Notes under the pieces: generated by a model
The model's input: only the letters and a program-made list of their open reading frames with translations
Told to the model about the DNA's origin: nothing
The model's database searches: none
From: Ignavibacteriota bacterium
Lineage (GTDB): Bacteria > Bacteroidota > Ignavibacteria > Palsa-1295
Length of the DNA stretch: 64,000 bases
NCBI GenBank assembly: GCA_963787835.1
Contig: CAWBEI010000002.1
Location: 1,376,001-1,440,000 of the forward strand
Reading direction: 5' to 3'
Program-made: the position numbers and the translations under genes
Part shown: one piece after another, positions 1-8,674 of the stretch
Numbering within the stretch: the stretch's first letter is position 1
Layout: every line of letters begins with the position of its first letter

Positions 1-1405
1 GCTTCTTGCTTCAACTGCAGCCTTTGGGCAGAGTAATTCTACTGGTCATGCAACGATCGTCGTGCTCGCCGATAGCAGCGTGGGGGAGATGATGTATCTC
101 ATGCGTTTCCATGCACCGGGACTTGACTACGACCACGTTGATTCAGCTATTGTAAAGGATAAGACTGTTTTGTTCACCTTCGATCCCGATCCGATGAAGG
201 AATACCAAATTCGCCTCGGTCAAAATTACATAGCTGAAGGTATCTACCTAGCGAAGTCCGATAGTATCGTTTTCAAATACTCCCCTTCTGATATAGGTAT
301 TATTTTTGATCGAATTGGGGCAATTCAGTTTTTTCATGACAGTTCGAACAGACCTCGAAGTCAATGGGACTTTTATAACGATATGGGAATTCAGGATTGG
401 GATGGAATGTGCGCCTATTCTATGAAGTGTTTGTCAAGAATGGAAAAGTGTGAACCGAAACTTAAGTTACGTTACCCAGAGCATCCAGGATTATTAGATG
501 CTTTACATGATGTCCTATTTCGATGGTACTATGAGCCACGTTTGAGCTACTTCGATAAATATATGATGTCAGACACGGCTATTGATGCTATCGATACTAG
601 CCATCTTGCTTTCTTAAATTCCATTCCCTGGAGGGATACTTCTTTAATGCGTGGTTCTGAATTGGAGAATTTGGTTTCAAGTTGGCTTCAGATTGAAACC
701 TGGCGATGGTGGAAGGATGGAAGAGATACTGCTGGTAAAACTTTTTATGATCGTGAAATTGAATTTGGTTTCAGTCTTCCCGCACCAGCACGAGATGTAG
801 CAATACTTAATGTCATTAAAAATCTTGGAATGCAATCACCTGAAATGGCGGTGAGATTGGCAGAAAAGGTGTTGGCGAAATATAGGGCACTAGCGACAGC
901 CTCTGACTATACATTTGCATGTGAGAAGAAATTGGCTGAATTTAGATCAAGGCTTCCTGGCAAAGTCGCACCTACTTTTTCTCTACCCGATACGTCCCAC
1001 AAAATCGTTTCACTCTCGGATTTTCATGGTAAAATTGTTTATCTTGATTTCTGGGGAACTTGGTGTGAGCCCTGTTTAGAAGAGTTGACAGCGCTTATAG
1101 ATCTGCAGAAAAAATTCGAGCATGACACATCCGTTGCGTTCGTGGGGATTGCGCTTGAAGGAGGCGTTGATGACCAGTCGGTAAAGGAATGGTCGAAGTT
1201 CGTGCTGTCCAAGGAACTTCATGGTACCCAGCTTTACGCCGCAAACCAATTCCAGAATGAAGCCGCAGTTCGTTATGGCATTCAAGGTGTTCCCACCTTC
1301 ATGCTCATCGACCGCAAAGGTAATTTCATCGATGCTGCCGCGCCGCGCCCAAGCAGCGGCAAAGCGGAGGATGCCATACGCGCTGCACTCTCAAAATCGG
1401 ATTAG
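1..1405 (+). CDS. TlpA/redoxin-family disulfide reductase with long N-terminal extension (5' end outside window)
   Basis: C-terminal thioredoxin-like domain 'GKIVYLDFWGTWCEPCLEE'; frame is open from base 2 (LLASTAAFGQ..., tail of a signal peptide). Confidence 0.85.
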   Translation, partial: LLASTAAFGQSNSTGHATIVVLADSSVGEMMYLMRFHAPGLDYDHVDSAIVKDKTVLFTFDPDPMKEYQIRLGQNYIAEGIYLAKSDSIVFKYSPSDIGIIFDRIGAIQFFHDSSNRPRSQWDFYNDMGIQDWDGMCAYSMKCLSRMEKCEPKLKLRYPEHPGLLDALHDVLFRWYYEPRLSYFDKYMMSDTAIDAIDTSHLAFLNSIPWRDTSLMRGSELENLVSSWLQIETWRWWKDGRDTAGKTFYDREIEFGFSLPAPARDVAILNVIKNLGMQSPEMAVRLAEKVLAKYRALATASDYTFACEKKLAEFRSRLPGKVAPTFSLPDTSHKIVSLSDFHGKIVYLDFWGTWCEPCLEELTALIDLQKKFEHDTSVAFVGIALEGGVDDQSVKEWSKFVLSKELHGTQLYAANQFQNEAAVRYGIQGVPTFMLIDRKGNFIDAAAPRPSSGKAEDAIRAALSKSD

Positions 1406-1412
1406 TGACACT

Positions 1413-2861
1413 ATGAAAACACGAAAATTCCTTATGTTCGGTTTGATGTTTATTTCATCGGCAGCTTTTGGGCAATCGAAGCAACTTTCCCAAGCCGCGA
1501 TTACGATCAAGCTTGACAGTAGAGATGTGAAGATGCTGCATCTTGTTTGTGCCCGAGGTGCTGCACTCGATCCGGATGTGATAGATTCATCCATAGCAGA
1601 CCACGATCATCTCTTCCGATTCAATGTTTTCCCAGACCCTTCGACTTCATACGGTGTTATACTCGGAAACGATGGTATCGCGTATCAGATCTATTTGACG
1701 GCAGGGGATAGCCTATATTTTTCTTATTCTTCAATAACTGGAGACACACTGCTGTTTGATCGAATCGGTGCAAACCGAGCCCTGAGATCGGCTCCATGGC
1801 CGTGGAGTCGAAATCGGGAATATTACCACTTTTTCGATTCCCTCAAATTGGACGGATGGCGGGATTACCTTGCCACCATGAGAGACTCGCTTGAAAGACG
1901 AGCAGTTTGGTTCCATACGCATTATCCCGGTCATTTAGGCATTCGTGCGATGCTGGAGAATGAGAGCATCGAAGCATACTATTTTGGAATAATGCATTTT
2001 CTCAGTGAGAATTATTGGGATTCGACTGGTAAGCCTGTGTTGAATGATCCAAAATTATTCAACATTATCGATTCCATCCCGTGGAGGTTGGCATCATTCG
2101 CCAGGAGTCAAGAGGTGTGGGCTGTTGTCGATGCATGGATGAACCTTAAGTGGAAACGATTTAGGCGCGCTGCAGTCGATACAGCCGGAAGTAAGATGTT
2201 CGACAAAGAATTCTCATATGTTCGAGAATTGCCCTCGCCGGCCCGAGATGTGGCTGAGCTTGTCGTTCTATCAGACTGCTCAGATGAGACAACCCCCGCA
2301 GAAGAAGTCCCACTGCTTGAAAGTGAACTCGAATCCTTCCGCGCGCTCTTACCTGATTCGGCCTACCTTACAACATTCGAACGCAAACTTGATGCTTTGC
2401 GCGCAAAACTGCCAGGAAAAGCGGCTCCAGAATTCAGACTTCCTGACACTGCTGATAAACTGCGATCCCTTCAGAATTTTCGAGGGAAAATAGTTTATCT
2501 CGATTTTTGGGGAACATGGTGTCCTCCATGTCTGGAGGAATTGGACTCACTGGTTGCATTGGAGAAGCATTTTGCCGGCGATACCAATGTTGCCTTTGTG
2601 AGCATTGCGCTTGAAGCCCAAAATTTTGCGGACCAGCGAAAGCCGACGTGGCTCAAACTTATATCGGAGAAGAGGTTGTTGGGTACACAGCTCTATGCAG
2701 AGAAGCAATTCAATAATGAATCCGCAATTGCATATGGCATCTCAATTGTCCCCTCATTCATAATCATCGATCGGAACGGAAACTTCATCGACGCCTCGGC
2801 CCCTCGCCCAAGTAGTGGAAAAGCGGAAGCTGCCATCCGTAGCGCGCTTGCTCAACCTTGA
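1413..2861 (+). CDS. TlpA/redoxin-family disulfide reductase, tandem paralog of upstream gene
   Basis: ATG 1413 gives signal peptide MKTRKFL...AAFGQ; WCPPC motif; C-terminus closely similar to the upstream paralog. Confidence 0.85.
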   Translation: MKTRKFLMFGLMFISSAAFGQSKQLSQAAITIKLDSRDVKMLHLVCARGAALDPDVIDSSIADHDHLFRFNVFPDPSTSYGVILGNDGIAYQIYLTAGDSLYFSYSSITGDTLLFDRIGANRALRSAPWPWSRNREYYHFFDSLKLDGWRDYLATMRDSLERRAVWFHTHYPGHLGIRAMLENESIEAYYFGIMHFLSENYWDSTGKPVLNDPKLFNIIDSIPWRLASFARSQEVWAVVDAWMNLKWKRFRRAAVDTAGSKMFDKEFSYVRELPSPARDVAELVVLSDCSDETTPAEEVPLLESELESFRALLPDSAYLTTFERKLDALRAKLPGKAAPEFRLPDTADKLRSLQNFRGKIVYLDFWGTWCPPCLEELDSLVALEKHFAGDTNVAFVSIALEAQNFADQRKPTWLKLISEKRLLGTQLYAEKQFNNESAIAYGISIVPSFIIIDRNGNFIDASAPRPSSGKAEAAIRSALAQP

Positions 2862-2910
2862 TTTCTGAGATTTCGTGATCTATACTTCTTAATCTCAATA
2901 ATCTCCATAA

Positions 2911-3756
2911 TCACGGTTCAGACAATTCCCAGGTATCTTTCCACACCACTTGCCGTGCTTCGGGCATTTCTCGGCCTAAAAAGCGCTCGCCGACGGCTTG
3001 AAATTTTCGTGGAATATCACTTACAAGCAGGGTGTAATGTGGAGAATCATTCCGAGCGACATTGTCTGCGATCTGTTCTAATCTCAGCATCTCTGCCACC
3101 AGCTTTGCGGCCATTGCCCCGGAATTAATTAGTGTAACGCGTGGCCCCATCGTGCGCTGAATGACCTCAGCAAGTACCGGATAGTGGGTGCAGCCGAGGA
3201 TCAATGTATCGATCTCCTTCACTTTCAGATCGCGTAGATATTCCTCGGCGATCACTTCCGTTGCAACATGATTCGTCCAGCCTTCTTCCGCAAGCGGTAC
3301 GAATAGTGGGCACGCTTTGCTGAACGTCTCGCAAATCTTTCCCTGTATCGAAGCTTCCTCGCCAATAGCGCGTTCGTAGGCTCCGCTTGCGATCGTGGCA
3401 TCGGTGCCAATGATCCCAATTCTGCCATTGTTCGTGACGCGCACCGCCTCCTTTGCGCAGGGGCCGATCATACCGATGACAGGAATTCCATCCGCGACTC
3501 GATCGACCTCCTCAAGCGCCGTCGCGCTTACGGTGTTGCATGCCACGACGATCATTTTTACATCGTAAGCAAGAAGAAGCTCGGTGTCTTCGCGGGCATA
3601 ACGCTTGACCGTCTCGACCGATTTCGTTCCATACGGCAGACGAGCCGTGTCGCCGAAATAAACGATGCTTTCGTTTGGAACCGTCTCGAACAGTTCCTTG
3701 ACGACGGTCATTCCGCCAATGCCGGAATCGAAGATACCGATGGGGCGAACCAGCAT
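2911..3756 (-). CDS. murI: glutamate racemase
   Basis: PIGIFDSGIGG, YFGDTARLPYG, VACNT and LGCTHYP motifs; start placed at MLVRPIG. Confidence 0.95.
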   Translation of the reverse strand: MLVRPIGIFDSGIGGMTVVKELFETVPNESIVYFGDTARLPYGTKSVETVKRYAREDTELLLAYDVKMIVVACNTVSATALEEVDRVADGIPVIGMIGPCAKEAVRVTNNGRIGIIGTDATIASGAYERAIGEEASIQGKICETFSKACPLFVPLAEEGWTNHVATEVIAEEYLRDLKVKEIDTLILGCTHYPVLAEVIQRTMGPRVTLINSGAMAAKLVAEMLRLEQIADNVARNDSPHYTLLVSDIPRKFQAVGERFLGREMPEARQVVWKDTWELSEP

Positions 3757-3757
3757 G

Positions 3758-4384
3758 TTAATGCTGTACCGGCGGCGGGGGGGGCGGCGGCATTCCCATG
3801 CTGCCAGGAGCGCCTCCTCGCATGGATGGCGGCGTTTCTGGTTGTTTGCCCATTGGCATGACGGTTCTGTTGACCGTCTTATTGACATATTGATCGATCT
3901 CGCCATTACGTGCCGCGATAAGGTGCGGTTCGACCTCAAGATAATGCTTCCCAGTCGGTGTTTTGAAGAACGGGATCATCGTCTTCAACTCTTCGGCAGT
4001 GAACTGTGCGCGGTACGCGTTGAAAAGGATCTTCTCATCCATATTGTGATCGAGGACCTTCATGACACTATCGTACGCTTTGACGGAGTCGATCTGGCGA
4101 ACCTGAAACAAGTGTCCCATGCGCCCAAGCATTGCTTCGGCGCGTTCCTTGATCGAGGGGGTAGGCTTGATGATCTGGAAAAGTTCTTTGAATTCCGCGT
4201 TGAATGCGGTGCTGTCCGGATAGGACGATTTCAGCATCGGGGTTGGCGGTTCTCCCATGTGTCCGCCGGGGGGTGGCATTCCAGGCGGTGGCATGGGTGG
4301 GGTTCCGGGAGGCGGAGTCTTTATTTGTGCGGACGCCGTTGATACGATAAAAAGAAAACTGAGAAAGGTAACGATGTTTTTCAT
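3758..4384 (-). CDS. secreted DUF2059-like protein with Pro-rich termini
   Basis: Signal peptide MKNIVTF...ASAQ; 'YRAQFTAEELKTMIPFFKTPTGK' resembles the DUF2059 motif. Confidence 0.7.
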   Translation of the reverse strand: MKNIVTFLSFLFIVSTASAQIKTPPPGTPPMPPPGMPPPGGHMGEPPTPMLKSSYPDSTAFNAEFKELFQIIKPTPSIKERAEAMLGRMGHLFQVRQIDSVKAYDSVMKVLDHNMDEKILFNAYRAQFTAEELKTMIPFFKTPTGKHYLEVEPHLIAARNGEIDQYVNKTVNRTVMPMGKQPETPPSMRGGAPGSMGMPPPPPPPVQH

Positions 4385-4491
4385 GTTCATTTGACCGACA
4401 TAATTGGAAAAGTTCGTGCCGCGATCATAGCGACGAAGCCTGTTAATTACTTTCATGTAAAAAAAGTTTTGACTTTCTTTATATTCTATCC

Positions 4492-5202
4492 TTATTCTAT
4501 GCTTCTGGAAGCATCCATCGGCTCCCATTTCTGGCCTGAAAAAACCTCGAAATTCGTCACAGGATGAACTTCCCATTGCGAGCCTCGTGACTTCCCGACC
4601 TCCTCCGGATGCTCCTCATCCCACAGGATCCAGCCCGTCACCCGGACTTTTGCATGGCGCTCTGAAAGCCGCTCCAGATCTCGCAACTGCCATTCCGGAT
4701 GAATGGATTTCCAGCGGGGCGTCATTTCGACGATCATCGCTTCGGCCTTTGTAGCTGTGGGGCTGTCCGCGATCCAGATATGGAAATCGACGAACGAATC
4801 GGAATACCCGTTACAGCTTTCCGGGCCGGATTGTTTCACGCTAATAAGATAACCCGTGACCCGAACCCCGAGCGATTCTTCGGAAGCAACAACATTTCGC
4901 TCTGCCGCCGACCACCGCTCCCTATGCTCTCGTCCTGCCTCCGATGGAAGCGTTGTAGAAATACCAATAATATCGCCAACGGTTTCATCGGTAATATTTT
5001 TTGGCGCAGCGAACCGATTCTTTTCCCGGTTGAGTTCAGGATCGCCGCCGGTGCCATCGATGCCAACGCCGCCGATCGTTTCCGGTGCCACGCCGGATTC
5101 CTGAACGGCAGGTGAAATCTTTGCCGGCTGATTCGCGTACCATACTATTACGATCACCGCAAAAATGAGAACGATCAGCCCGTAGGTATGTTGCTTTTTC
5201 AA
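4492..5202 (-). CDS. membrane-anchored hypothetical protein (possible OB-fold; WEVHPVT motif)
   Basis: 236-aa ORF with N-terminal TM segment; conserved-looking motifs DFHIWI, IVEMTPR, RVTGW, WEVHPV. Confidence 0.65.
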   Translation of the reverse strand: MKKQHTYGLIVLIFAVIVIVWYANQPAKISPAVQESGVAPETIGGVGIDGTGGDPELNREKNRFAAPKNITDETVGDIIGISTTLPSEAGREHRERWSAAERNVVASEESLGVRVTGYLISVKQSGPESCNGYSDSFVDFHIWIADSPTATKAEAMIVEMTPRWKSIHPEWQLRDLERLSERHAKVRVTGWILWDEEHPEEVGKSRGSQWEVHPVTNFEVFSGQKWEPMDASRSIE

Positions 5203-5244
5203 TGACTATCTAAAATAATGACTAAAATAAGGAGGGAATATTAT

Positions 5245-5442
5245 ATGGAAAGATACCCTAACATTCCGGATGTACGAGATGGTCTCACCGAAGTGGAGCG
5301 GACCATCCTGTTCGTCCTGCATGAAGCCCGAAAGGAATATGGCGACCGCATGATCCCCGCCGCGCTCATTTATGGCCGTGTCGTCGAACGCCTCGATATG
5401 AGCTGGGAAGAATTTCAGCGGGCGCTCGTCAGGGTAAGCTAA
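5245..5442 (+). CDS. 65-aa protein resembling the GyrA/ParC N-terminal winged-helix segment
   Basis: GGAGG at 5231 before ATG 5245; IPDVRDGLTEVERTIL matches gyrase A LPDVRDGLKPVHRRVL. Confidence 0.75.
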   Translation: MERYPNIPDVRDGLTEVERTILFVLHEARKEYGDRMIPAALIYGRVVERLDMSWEEFQRALVRVS

Positions 5443-5462
5443 TTCTCTCAGAAATAGGTGCC
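5443..5462 (+). repeat. 20-bp dispersed site, copy 1 (TTCTCTCAGAAATAGGTGCC)
   Basis: Ungapped match to 6494-6513, 35408-35427, 36437-36456 and reverse complement of 23060-23079. Confidence 0.8.
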
Positions 5463-5573
5463 TGTCAAACACAATTGAATTGTCATTTAATGAAGATTTT
5501 TTCGCTTTATGTCGATTGTTCATTAACTTCTTCGAGAAACGTAGTGTCGTTTTCATATACATAGTCCCTTCCC

Positions 5574-6383
5574 TCATACTGCCGGCCTCGAATTTTCATG
5601 CGTGATTCCCAGCCTGCGTTTTCGATCCCACTCGTTGCGTTCGTAGTCTGACATCACCTTCCACACCGCCGGGCAGTTCGCGGATAGTACCCCGATCGGG
5701 CCGCGCGCTTTGCGAAACGGGATCACGTCCGAGCGCATTTCCTGCGAGAACACGATGATCGAAAGCCCGTGCTTTTGCTGAAGTTCCAGCAGACCCTCCG
5801 CCAGCACCGACCGGTGCCAGTGGTTCAGCGCGCCGAACTCGAACGAGTTAACGATGAGTATCTGCGAGGGCGTGATCGCAAGTTCCGCTTCCATACGCCA
5901 CGAGGTACACGTTGAGACCGGGCAATCTAACACACGGACGTTCTTCATGCCTGGTGCGGCATCCTCCGCAAACCACGAGTCCTGCGGAGCATCCGGGCTC
6001 GGACCCGTATAGCCGGATGCATGACGAATAAACTCGGGCGACCCCGTAAAATAGCGACGGAACGCGGGCGGCATCGGAACATTGCACTCCCGCATACCAT
6101 ACGCAAGCGTGCGCTGCATCATGTCCGAGCCGGCGTAGGTATTGACGAGCATCACATTCCGCTCCGGATATTTCTTCGCAAGGAACACCGCCATCTCGCT
6201 TGCCATCTCTACCGAGGCGCGGACATCGCGGTTCAGCACCAGCGTAAAGCTTTCCGACATCGCCGGGATGTTCTCGCTCATGCCCACGAACGTAAACAAC
6301 GTCTCCCGCTCGCGCTCCGGCGGCATCGAAAACATCTCCTCCATATCGAACCCACGCACCTCTCTCAGTTTGATTGCTTCCAT
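5574..6383 (-). CDS. RecA/DnaB (AAA_25)-fold protein with degenerate Walker A, paralog 1
   Basis: Walker-B-like ILIVNS, GLSIIVFSQ and RGPIGVLS follow the RecA-fold order; P-loop replaced by TLVLNRDVRAS; clear paralog at 35540-36325. Confidence 0.6.
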   Translation of the reverse strand: MEAIKLREVRGFDMEEMFSMPPERERETLFTFVGMSENIPAMSESFTLVLNRDVRASVEMASEMAVFLAKKYPERNVMLVNTYAGSDMMQRTLAYGMRECNVPMPPAFRRYFTGSPEFIRHASGYTGPSPDAPQDSWFAEDAAPGMKNVRVLDCPVSTCTSWRMEAELAITPSQILIVNSFEFGALNHWHRSVLAEGLLELQQKHGLSIIVFSQEMRSDVIPFRKARGPIGVLSANCPAVWKVMSDYERNEWDRKRRLGITHENSRPAV

Positions 6384-6401
6384 AGTAATGTATTGTTATG
6401 T

Positions 6402-6493
6402 ATGTGTAAAAAATGGTGCTATTTATTGCACCCGAGCGCATAAAAGCACCATATAACTCAAATCGTTCGCACGAATATCAAAAATATCAAAAT
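6402..6493 (-). promoter_or_regulatory. conserved upstream/leader element with hairpin plus U-tract, copy 1
   Basis: Highly similar to 36345-36436; minus strand reads TGGTGCTTTTATGCGC-TCGG-GTGCAATAAATAGCACCA-TTTTTT. Confidence 0.75.
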
Positions 6494-6513
6494 TTCTTTA
6501 GGACATTGGTGCC
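6494..6513 (+). repeat. 20-bp dispersed site, copy 2 (TTCTTTAGGACATTGGTGCC)
   Basis: Direct repeat of 5443-5462, 1051 bp away. Confidence 0.8.
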
Positions 6514-6560
6514 TATGGCGAATTGCTGGAGATCTAGGTATTCTCCGTATTTTTGTATTC

Positions 6561-6869
6561 ATGGGACTCATAGATCATTATGACGGTTTCGACTGGGATG
6601 CAGGCAATGTTCGCAAAAACTGGGAGAGCCATCGTGTTTCTCGGGATGAGATCGAGCAGGTCTTTTCTAACCGTCCCTGGTATGATTATGAGGCTGAACG
6701 ATACGTTGGGACCGAAAAACGGAGGATCGTTCTTGGCAAAACCGATCAGGGCCGATCGTTGTTCATCGCTTACACGGAGCGAAACAATCGCGTGAGGCCG
6801 ATCTGCGCGCGCGACATGCACAAAACTGAACGAAAACGATTCGATGAAAAAGTTAAAAGCGATTCCTGA
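6561..6869 (+). CDS. brnT: BrnT-family toxin
   Basis: FDWDAGNVRKNWESH, EKRRIVLGKT and RVRPICAR are typical BrnT motifs. Confidence 0.85.
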   Translation: MGLIDHYDGFDWDAGNVRKNWESHRVSRDEIEQVFSNRPWYDYEAERYVGTEKRRIVLGKTDQGRSLFIAYTERNNRVRPICARDMHKTERKRFDEKVKSDS

Positions 6870-7119
6870 GTTCAAGACGGAAGACGAAGAATTTGAGTTC
6901 TGGTCATCGGTCGAGAATATATTCGATTACCTTGACGCGGATAAGTTCGTCCAAAAAGATCCTCCGATGGTCCCTAAAACGCTCAGCTTTAGCGCTCCCG
7001 CGGAAATGGAACTGGAAGTGAAACGGCTTTCAAAGGAACGAAAAGTAGATGTCCCGGAAATGGTCCGCCAGCTCGTCGCCGCGGGGCTGAAGCAGCAACG
7101 CATTCAGCCGGGAGCGTAA
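6844..7119 (+). CDS. BrnA/CopG-type antitoxin
   Basis: Overlaps brnT; IPEFKTEDEEFEFW N-terminus and RHH-like C-terminus. Confidence 0.8.
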   Translation: MKKLKAIPEFKTEDEEFEFWSSVENIFDYLDADKFVQKDPPMVPKTLSFSAPAEMELEVKRLSKERKVDVPEMVRQLVAAGLKQQRIQPGA

Positions 7120-7346
7120 AGAGTGCAGCAAATCACCGCACTAATGTTGCGGATGATAGGGACTATTCGAAGCTAATGGAATTTGTGAGGAGTTGAAGAG
7201 GGAAAAGCCCCAAGTGGGGGCGGTCACAAGCGCGGAACGGAAAACAGGCGAAGTCTGGTGGCAGGAATTAAAAGTGGTCATAAATCCCCTACATTAGTGT
7301 ACTTTCAAAAACGAGAGAAGAATCGTGCGCACCTGAAATAATCTTA

Positions 7347-8597
7347 TTATTGCTGCACTCCTATCGGCAAGAGGAAGTCAGAGTTGCCGAATTTATGCTT
7401 GAAAACATTCTTGGGAAAATAGGGTGATTGCGTTTGGTACCAACCGCTGTCAGTCGCTTGTGCTTGCATGATTGCTCTGTCACCTGTGCCTAAGAAAGGC
7501 ATTGTATCAATAAGCATTTTCCCCTCCGTTGGTGAAGACAAATATTCGAAGTCCTTATTAAAAGGTTCGTGTGTGAAATCTCGGTTTTGCAAAATGAGTT
7601 GGTGCTTGGCCATTGTTTTCCAGTTGATTTCCACACCAATACTATCAACATGTAGAGTCGGTTCATCGAGTAAAGGGAAAAGGAGTAGTTCGGAACCATT
7701 TAAGTCGTTAAGCCCGATTAATTTGCCCTGATCGAATGAATACTGAAAGTCGCTAAGATGCATAAGTACTGCGGCGTCATTCTTGAAAATTGTCGCAGTC
7801 CTAAATTCGACTTTTGCAGAAACATCAAAGAGTGTCTTAGTGCCTTTTATAAATCGGGCGCCCGCCCTCTTGCCCGTGAAATGGCTCCAAAGTTCTCGGC
7901 TCACAAAATTAGAAGAGTGGCTATTGTTTGGAAGCAGATTCAGCACCCAACCTGCCTCTGGACCCTCCTGTAAATGACCGATGACCCCATTAAAATTAGT
8001 ATCGATCGCTGAAAATATGTTATCTCTCAATTCGTTGCGTCTGTCATAAGCATTGACCGAATCGATGATTGTCATTAACCATAGGGTATTCTTTGGATAG
8101 AAGTTAAGTGTAATATCGATACCCAAACTGCGAATAGGATTAGCAATTCGCTCAGCTCCATTTAATACCGTGGAAATCAGTCCAAGTTGAACTTTAGTGC
8201 GCATTGTGGCTGTATCATCCTCCGTATGTAGAAAACGGAGTGAGTCAAGAGTGAGTCTCTGGTTCGAATCTATCACAACCTCTGATTCACGAAGAGATTC
8301 AGCATCTTTGAGTACGTTGGCTAAATAACCAATTGTTTGCCTCGATTTACTTTCCGCAACAGCCTCGGAATTTCTTTTGAGGTAGTCGCCAATTCCTTCG
8401 GCAAGAAGGCTTAAAAACAAGCCTATCAAAATATATGTTCGCACCCGCTTCCCCTGTCGTGTGAGTTTTCTTGACGTCTCATCGATTAACTGCGCCTTCT
8501 GCATTTGAGTGATCGCAACCAAGGCTGGCACAGCAATTGCGAGCAGCTTAATTGCTAAAAGCAAATAACCGATGATAATTGAAGTAGAATAGTTCAC
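7347..8597 (-). CDS. AT-rich hypothetical protein with two N-terminal TM helices (island cargo)
   Basis: 416-aa ORF, GTG start, lower GC than flanking genes, no recognised motif. Confidence 0.65.
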   Translation of the reverse strand: MNYSTSIIIGYLLLAIKLLAIAVPALVAITQMQKAQLIDETSRKLTRQGKRVRTYILIGLFLSLLAEGIGDYLKRNSEAVAESKSRQTIGYLANVLKDAESLRESEVVIDSNQRLTLDSLRFLHTEDDTATMRTKVQLGLISTVLNGAERIANPIRSLGIDITLNFYPKNTLWLMTIIDSVNAYDRRNELRDNIFSAIDTNFNGVIGHLQEGPEAGWVLNLLPNNSHSSNFVSRELWSHFTGKRAGARFIKGTKTLFDVSAKVEFRTATIFKNDAAVLMHLSDFQYSFDQGKLIGLNDLNGSELLLFPLLDEPTLHVDSIGVEINWKTMAKHQLILQNRDFTHEPFNKDFEYLSSPTEGKMLIDTMPFLGTGDRAIMQAQATDSGWYQTQSPYFPKNVFKHKFGNSDFLLPIGVQQ

Positions 8598-8674
8598 AAT
8601 AATTTCCCAAGCTCAGCGCCCATATTCCCAATCTCCTCATGCTTAGATGTAAATCGGCGAGTATAGAGTAATCC

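Noticed and set aside
5206-5577. Minus-strand ORF downstream of pseudo-ATPase 1 (and 35385-35600 for copy 2)
   Set aside because: Not conserved between the two units and overlaps a better-supported plus-strand gene.
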